IMG/VR virus record: IMGVR_UViG_3300042453_001749
Source: an uncultured virus (IMG/VR IMGVR_UViG_3300042453_001749)
Taxonomy: Duplodnaviria > Heunggongvirae > Uroviricota > Caudoviricetes
DNA: 20,000 bases
Direction: 5' to 3' (one strand)
The notes beneath the pieces are model-generated. The model was not told the origin of the DNA. It ran no database searches and saw nothing but the letters and a program-made list of their open reading frames with translations. Positions 14,901-20,000 of the stretch are shown here, in pieces; within the stretch, counting starts at the first letter, position 1; each line of letters opens with the position of its first letter. The position numbers and the translations under genes are program-made.

Positions 14901-17900
14901 TAAGATCCTATGTTGGTGTAGGAACCTTTAATGCTTCTGGATCTCTTGTTGAAAGAAATGCATTCTCTTATGTTGGTCTTGGAACCTTTAGTGCCTTTAG
15001 TGGATCTGCAGAAGTCTTTGGTGCGAATCCACCAGAAAATGACGTTACCATTACGATCTCTGGTGAAAAGGTAGAAAGAAGAACTTATAGTTATAATGAA
15101 CTTGCTGTAGATTCTACGTTCACCGTTGATGATTATGGTGCGGATCTAGTTTCTACACCTCCTTATGAAGATTATGGTTCGATTACGAACTCGATCACTG
15201 AAGAAGATGATTATGGAAACGTAACTTCTGTAGATTCAACCAGTCCATTTGGTCTATTCAATATTAGTGGATCTGCTGATGAGCAGTTCTTTGGTGCTAA
15301 GATTCAGGTTGGATCTGGAACTATTGAAGTTTCTGGATCTGCAATAGAGAAGAACACTGAATCTTATATTGGTCTTGGAACCTTTAGTTCTTTTGGTGGT
15401 TCTTCCGTTGTATTTGGTGCTAATCCTCCAGATGATGACGTTACTATCACAATCTCTGGTGAAAAGGTAGAAAGAACTCTAAGATCTTATGTTGGTGTAG
15501 GAACCTTTGATGCTTCTGGATCCGCTAACACGTTTGTAAATGCTCAGAAGATACATATTGGTTCTGGAACTATTGAAGTTTCTGGATCATTAGTAGAAAG
15601 AAACACTGAATCTTATGTCGGTGTAGGAACCTTTAATGCTTCTGGATCTCTTGTTGAAAGAAATACTTTCTCTTATGTCGGTGTAGGAACCTTTAGTTCC
15701 TTTGGTGGAACTGTTGAATCCGTTTCCTATGATTACAATGAACAATCAATTTTCCTATCTCAACCATCACAAGATTATGGTGGTATTGGTACATCAGTAA
15801 CCATAGTTGATGATTATGGTTCTATTGCAGATTCTACTGGTGCTCAACAATCAGATTATGGTTCAGTAGCGATTTCTTCTGATCGCTATCCATTTGGTTC
15901 CTTTACAATTTCTGGATTTGCTAATGAATCCTTTACTCCATCTACTTATGTCGGTGTAGGAACCTTTAATGCTTCTGGATCTCTTGTTGAAAGAAATACT
16001 TTCTCTTATGTTGGCCTTGGAACCTTTAGCGCATTTGGTGGATCTGCAGTTGTATTTGGTGCGAACCCACCAGATAAAGATGTTATCATTACGATTTCTG
16101 GCGAAAAGATTGAGAGAATAAGCAAATCTTACGTTGGTACATCTGATAATCAAATTATAGATCTAAATGAAGATACTGGAAGTGAAGATTTTGGTTCAGT
16201 AGATGATCCAAACACTTCTTATGAAGATGCTGGAGGGCTACTTAATTTAACTTCAATTCTAATTGAAGGGACAGTTACCGAATCTTTCGTTCCAACAAGT
16301 TATCAAGGATCTGGATCTGCTGAATTCTTTGGATCTGCTAAGGAATCCTTTACTCCAACATCATATATTGGACTTGGAACCTTTAGTGCGTTTGGTGGAT
16401 CCGCAGTTGTATTTGGTGCAAATCCACCAGATGATGATGTTACTATTACTATCTCTGGCGAGAAAGTTGAAAGAAGAACCTATAGTTACAACGAACTCGC
16501 TATAGATTCTTCTTTCACCGTTGATGATTATGGTGCGGATCTAGTTTCTACACCTCCTTATGAAGATTATGGTTCGATTGAAAATTCTGTAACTGAAGAA
16601 GATGATTATGGAAATGTAACTTCTGTAGATTCAACCAGTCCATTTGGTCTATTCAATATTAGTGGATCTGCATCTACACCTTTCAGTAGAATTTATACTG
16701 GAGTTGGTACAATTAATGCCTCTGGAGAATCTGATATCAGATTCTTACCAGAATTTTATATTGGATCTGGATCATTTAGTTTCATTGGTGGTGCAGCAGA
16801 ATCCTTCGGACCTAATCCACCAGAGGATACTAGATTATTCTCTTTCTCTGGATCAGCTCTTGATATTAAACTTACTCATGCAAATGTTGGTTTCGGAACC
16901 TTTAGCGCATTCTCTGGATCTGCAGAAGTATTTGGTTCAAATCCACCAGATAAAGATGTTACCATTACAATATCTGGATCTGCTAATGAATCATTTACTC
17001 CAACAACATATATTGGTTTCGGATCCTTTAGCGCATTCGGTGGAGCATCTGAAGTTTATGGTGCTAACCCACCAGATAATGATGTTACCATTACGATATC
17101 TGGAGATAGGATTGAAAGAAAAACTCATGCTTATGTTGGATTTACTTCACTTTCTATTGTCGGTGGAGCGACTGGAGTTGAATTCACAGGTGAGGTAATA
17201 TACTCTGGATCTGGACAAATCAATATTGATGGTATTGGTGTTGATAAGAACATTAAGTCTTATGTTGGTCTCGGTGCATTTAGTTCTTTTGGTGGATCTG
17301 CTGAAGTAATAGGAATTAATCCTCCAGATAATGATGTTCTCATTACGATATCTGGTCAGGCAGAAACAAGAGTAATTTCTGTATACACTCATGTTGCTAC
17401 TGGAATTGCTACATTTACTGGAAATTCTGTAAACAAAGCAATATTTGATTATTCAGGTTCTGGTAGTATTCAAATTGAAGTCGATAGTAAAGAATCCTTT
17501 ACTCCAACAACATATATTGGTCTTGGAACCTTTAGTGCATTTGGTGGAGCAGCAGAGGTCTACGGTGCGAACCCACCAGACAATGATGTTACCATTACAA
17601 TCTCTGGTGAGAAGATTGAAAGAAGATCTTATGCCTATGATGGTGTAGGAACCTTAAGTATTTCTGGATCTTCAGATGTAGAGTTTATTACAGAATTCAA
17701 ACAGATTGGTTCTGGAACTATACTCATCACAGGATCTGCTAGAGAATCCTTTACTCCAGCAACTTACAATGGATTTACTGATATCCAAATCAGTGGATCT
17801 CTTAGAGAAAGTTATACTCCAGCAACTGAAATCGGATCTGGATCTTTCAGTGCATTTGGTGGGGCAGCGGAAGTCTTTGGTGCGAACCCACCAGATAATG

Positions 17901-18481
17901 ATGTTACCATTACGATCTCTGGATCTGCTGGTCAAAAGAATACAGAATCCTATGTTGGTTTTGGAACCTTCAGTGTCTTTAGTGGATCTGCAGAATCGTT
18001 TGGTCCTAATCCACCAGATCAAGATCTTGTTATTACAATCTCTGGAGAGAAAATCGAAAGAGTATCTAGATCTTATGTTGGTCTTGGAACCTTTAGTTCC
18101 TTTGGTGGTTCTGCTGAAGCCTTCACTGCGAATCCCGAAGAAGATACAAGACTCTTTACATTCTCTGGATCTGCAAACGTTTCATTCATCACAGAGTTCA
18201 AGCAGATTGGTAGCGGAACAATCACTGTTAGTGGAGATGCTCTTGTTCCAATTTCTGCTAGAATTTCTGGATCTGGATCAATTGGTATATTCAGTGGTTC
18301 TTCAATTGCCTTCGGTGCAAATCCACCAGAGAGTGATCTTCTTTTCTCAATCTTCGGAAACGCAAGAGAATCCTTTACTCCCGCTACATATATTGGATTT
18401 GGTACTGCTATATTCTCTGGAATTGCAACGGATCAAGGAAATCCATTTGTTCCTGGAACGGCATTTATTCAAATCATCTAA
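11924..18481 (+). CDS. Giant modular repeat protein (probable virion fibre/structural protein), 2185 aa
   Basis: Uninterrupted ORF built from ~20-aa (YVGVGTFNASGSLVERNTES), 41-aa (…FGANPPDxDVTITISG…) and ~71-aa acidic triple-DYG modules; lies in the late structural cluster. Confidence 0.9.
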   Translation: MALKIYLYPSIFSSEDWGLVTSQSVESVDLGQVSTNNTDQEDYGLVTTTTDIPEDKGQADYSGISTATRTFDYNESSVGTTFTVDDYGADLVSTPSYEDYGSIENVVTEEDDYGNVSSYSSNLTPFGSFSALSGSAVVFGANPPDQDLIITISGSAVEKNTESYVGVGTFSVSGSAIERFNPSYVGTGVVASSDALIERVSYDYNEQSILLYQSPEDFGGISTSVTIIDDYGSIADSSSAQDTYGSIGVSSDRYPFGTIVISGQGEFVREVLNIHIGSGTIEVSGIAIEKNTESYVGVGTFSAFSGSAEVFGANPPDKDVTITISGSAVEKNTESYVGVGTFNASGSSVERNTESYVGVGTFNASGSLVERNTFSYVGVGTFSAFGGAAEVYGANPPDNDVTITISGEKVERRTYSYNELAVNSAFSVDDYGADLVTVPPYEDYGSIENSVTEEDDYGNVSSSQSESPFGLFVISGDAITTREVENIHIGSGTIEVSGSLVERNTESYVGVGTFSVSGSLDIVNTFVYIGVGTFSAFSGSAEVFGANPPDKDVTITISGSAIEKNTESYVGVGTFSVSGSAVEKNTESYIGVGTFSAFGGAAEVYGANPPDNDVLITISGEKIERRTYSYNELVVDSTFTTDDYGADLVSTPLYEDYGSIENSVTEEDDYGNVTSSQSGSPFGLFNISGSVDEQFFGAKIQIGSGSIEVSGSLVERNTESYVGVGTFSAFSGSAESFGPNPPDQDLVITISGEKIERVSRSYVGLGTFSSFGGSSIVFGANPPDKDVTITISGEKVERTLRSYVGVGTFSAFSGSAEVFGANPPDNDVTITISGEKVERRTYSYNELAVDSTFSVDDYGADLVSTPLYEDYGSIENSVTEEDDYGNVTSSQSGSPFGLFVISGDAITTREVENIHIGSGTIEVSGSLIEKNTESYVGVGTFNASGSLGIVNTFVYIGLGTFSSFGGSSIVFGANPPENDVTITISGEKVERTLRSYVGVGTFNASGSLVERNAFSYVGLGTFSAFSGSAEVFGANPPENDVTITISGEKVERRTYSYNELAVDSTFTVDDYGADLVSTPPYEDYGSITNSITEEDDYGNVTSVDSTSPFGLFNISGSADEQFFGAKIQVGSGTIEVSGSAIEKNTESYIGLGTFSSFGGSSVVFGANPPDDDVTITISGEKVERTLRSYVGVGTFDASGSANTFVNAQKIHIGSGTIEVSGSLVERNTESYVGVGTFNASGSLVERNTFSYVGVGTFSSFGGTVESVSYDYNEQSIFLSQPSQDYGGIGTSVTIVDDYGSIADSTGAQQSDYGSVAISSDRYPFGSFTISGFANESFTPSTYVGVGTFNASGSLVERNTFSYVGLGTFSAFGGSAVVFGANPPDKDVIITISGEKIERISKSYVGTSDNQIIDLNEDTGSEDFGSVDDPNTSYEDAGGLLNLTSILIEGTVTESFVPTSYQGSGSAEFFGSAKESFTPTSYIGLGTFSAFGGSAVVFGANPPDDDVTITISGEKVERRTYSYNELAIDSSFTVDDYGADLVSTPPYEDYGSIENSVTEEDDYGNVTSVDSTSPFGLFNISGSASTPFSRIYTGVGTINASGESDIRFLPEFYIGSGSFSFIGGAAESFGPNPPEDTRLFSFSGSALDIKLTHANVGFGTFSAFSGSAEVFGSNPPDKDVTITISGSANESFTPTTYIGFGSFSAFGGASEVYGANPPDNDVTITISGDRIERKTHAYVGFTSLSIVGGATGVEFTGEVIYSGSGQINIDGIGVDKNIKSYVGLGAFSSFGGSAEVIGINPPDNDVLITISGQAETRVISVYTHVATGIATFTGNSVNKAIFDYSGSGSIQIEVDSKESFTPTTYIGLGTFSAFGGAAEVYGANPPDNDVTITISGEKIERRSYAYDGVGTLSISGSSDVEFITEFKQIGSGTILITGSARESFTPATYNGFTDIQISGSLRESYTPATEIGSGSFSAFGGAAEVFGANPPDNDVTITISGSAGQKNTESYVGFGTFSVFSGSAESFGPNPPDQDLVITISGEKIERVSRSYVGLGTFSSFGGSAEAFTANPEEDTRLFTFSGSANVSFITEFKQIGSGTITVSGDALVPISARISGSGSIGIFSGSSIAFGANPPESDLLFSIFGNARESFTPATYIGFGTAIFSGIATDQGNPFVPGTAFIQII
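12140..18420 (+). repeat. Intragenic coding repeat array
   Basis: Many near-identical DNA blocks (e.g. GGAACCTTTAGTGC, GAAGAAGATGATTATGGAAATGTA), all in frame. Confidence 0.95.
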
Positions 18482-18496
18482 ATATGATATCGGAGG
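18478..18496 (+). promoter_or_regulatory. Late promoter CTAAATA and GGAGG RBS for the tail fibre
   Basis: CTAAATA 18478-18484 overlaps the upstream stop; GGAGG 18492-18496; ATG 18507. Confidence 0.65.
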
Positions 18497-18506
18497 TAAA
18501 ATATAG

Positions 18507-20000
18507 ATGGCTAAAGCCTTTCAATTTAGAAGAGGAAATTCCACTCAGATTTCATCTTTTACAGGACTTTCTGGTGAAATTGTAGTAGATACTGATAAAA
18601 AAATTGCCGTGGTTCATGACGGTAATAAGGTAGGTGGATATGAGCTTGTTGGAGTTGCTGCTACTCAAACTCTAACTAATAAAAATATTAATACCGTTGG
18701 CGTTATAACCGCTTCATTTTTTAGAGGCGATGGTTCTCAACTGACTGGTATTGTTGGTACTGGTTCTGGAATAGAAGTTAGAGATGATGATTCACCAATA
18801 GGAACTGCTGCGACTGTAAATTTTGCGGATAATATAAAAGCAACTATTAACTCAGGAATTGTTAGTGTTAGTTTAAATGATAGCGTCTCTTACACTAATG
18901 AATATGTGAGTGGTGTTTCGACAATATCAAACTTAAATGTTGGTGTTGGTGGAACTATAATTACTTCAACTTCTTTAGGATTAATTGGAATTGGAACAAC
19001 CAATCCAACTTCTAAACTTCATGTTGTTGGCGATGTAACGGCAACTACATTTGTAGGTGGTTTAACTGGAACAGCAACAAATTTGAATAGAACTGTAACC
19101 GCTGGATCTGGTTTAAGTGGTGGTGGAACTTTAACTGCTGATGTTACTCTTAATGTCGGTGCTGGTTCTGGTATTACCGTTAATGCTGATAATGTTCAGT
19201 TAAAGAATGCTGGATCTTTAACAAATAATATAGTCACTAAATGGAATAGTAGTAATGAACAATTAACTAATACTATTATTACTGATAATGGTACTAACGT
19301 TGGTATTGGTAGCACACTACCAAATAATAAACTTGATGTAATTGGAAGTACTTACATTTCTGGTAATCTTGGTATAGGAACTACAAATCCAGTAGAAGAA
19401 TTGCATTTATACAATTCTCAAAATGAAGGAACAGTATTTAGAGTTGAGAATCCAAATACAGGAACTGCTGCAAATGCATCAGTGAGATTATTCTCTGATA
19501 CTGCTACAGTCACTCAATTAGCTCATGGTTCTGGGAGAGTTGCATCCAGATTTGGAACTGTTTTAGCAAGATTTGGTGAAATTTCTTTGAGTTCTGGAAA
19601 TGGACTTTTAGTTGGGACACAAAATGCATCTCCATTAATTTTAGGATCCAATGATACTGAAGCATTAAGAATTGATAGTTCTCAAAGAGTTGGCATAGGA
19701 ACCACAAATCTAACATCAAAACTTCATGTTGTTGGTGATGCAAGAGTCACTGGAGTCATTACTGCTACTACATTCAGCGGTACAGCAACAAATTCTAGTG
19801 CCGTTACTTTAGCATCAGGATCTGGAGCTACTAATTATGTTACATTTTCTACAACTGCTACTGGTTCAAGTAGTCTTTTAACTGATACTGGACTGACTTA
19901 TAATGCTTCAACCAACCTTTTAGGTGCAAGTATTTCTGGTAGTGCTGCAACTGCTACTGCTGCTAGTACTGTTACTCTTGCTGCTGGATCTGGAACTTCC
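18507..20000 (+). CDS. Tail fibre protein with Mtd_N-type N-terminal domain (3'-truncated, >=498 aa)
   Basis: Missing from the ORF track because no stop falls in the window. MAKAFQFRRGNSTQISSFTGLSGEIVVDTDKKIAVVHDG..GG is the Mtd N-terminal/hyaluronidase-N signature; repeated (V/I/L)GIGTTNP..KLHVVG fibre motifs follow. Confidence 0.9.
   Translation, partial: MAKAFQFRRGNSTQISSFTGLSGEIVVDTDKKIAVVHDGNKVGGYELVGVAATQTLTNKNINTVGVITASFFRGDGSQLTGIVGTGSGIEVRDDDSPIGTAATVNFADNIKATINSGIVSVSLNDSVSYTNEYVSGVSTISNLNVGVGGTIITSTSLGLIGIGTTNPTSKLHVVGDVTATTFVGGLTGTATNLNRTVTAGSGLSGGGTLTADVTLNVGAGSGITVNADNVQLKNAGSLTNNIVTKWNSSNEQLTNTIITDNGTNVGIGSTLPNNKLDVIGSTYISGNLGIGTTNPVEELHLYNSQNEGTVFRVENPNTGTAANASVRLFSDTATVTQLAHGSGRVASRFGTVLARFGEISLSSGNGLLVGTQNASPLILGSNDTEALRIDSSQRVGIGTTNLTSKLHVVGDARVTGVITATTFSGTATNSSAVTLASGSGATNYVTFSTTATGSSSLLTDTGLTYNASTNLLGASISGSAATATAASTVTLAAGSGTS

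Noticed and set aside
12140..18420. CRISPR-like array
   Set aside because: Repeats are in-frame coding modules with third-position variation, no unique spacers and no cas genes.
14106..18506. Leu-rich alternate-frame ORFs in the giant gene (e.g. 16644-17198, 17706-18506) as frameshift products
   Set aside because: The Leu/Val/Met-rich text is the +1 reading of T-ending codons in repeats; no slippery site identified.
18507..20000. Diversity-generating retroelement suggested by the Mtd_N-type domain
   Set aside because: Mtd_N is a generic fibre anchor; no reverse transcriptase or adenine-specific TR/VR pair is visible, although the gene's 3' end lies outside the window.

Overview
AT-rich segment of a T4-like cyanomyovirus (Kyanoviridae-type; gene set resembles freshwater cyanophages). 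Left arm (595-4106): a tightly coupled minus-strand operon of signal-peptide proteins, microproteins, an HExxH peptidase-like protein and a staphylococcal-nuclease-family gene, converging on a partial plus-strand membrane protein. Centre: photosystem II module psbA - free-standing endonuclease VII (F-CphI-like) homing endonuclease - psbD, with nested host-type and T4 late promoters, a PhotoRC-II-like 5' leader, HLR1 (RpaB)-like boxes and terminators. Then small genes, including a duplicated 21-aa hydrophobic microprotein bracketing a 318-aa gene. Right arm: late structural genes, a 2185-aa modular repeat protein and a truncated Mtd_N-type tail fibre. Best leads: (i) an uncharacterised late secreted module with a half-TolC-like protein and two paralogous beta-rich exported proteins; (ii) apparent synonymous recoding of psbA around codon 334 next to the homing endonuclease; (iii) a perfect HLR1 box inside the psbD promoter; (iv) the duplicated microprotein; (v) constant 213-214 aa spacing of acidic modules in the giant protein despite module shuffling. 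All calls were made by eye; no searches were run.
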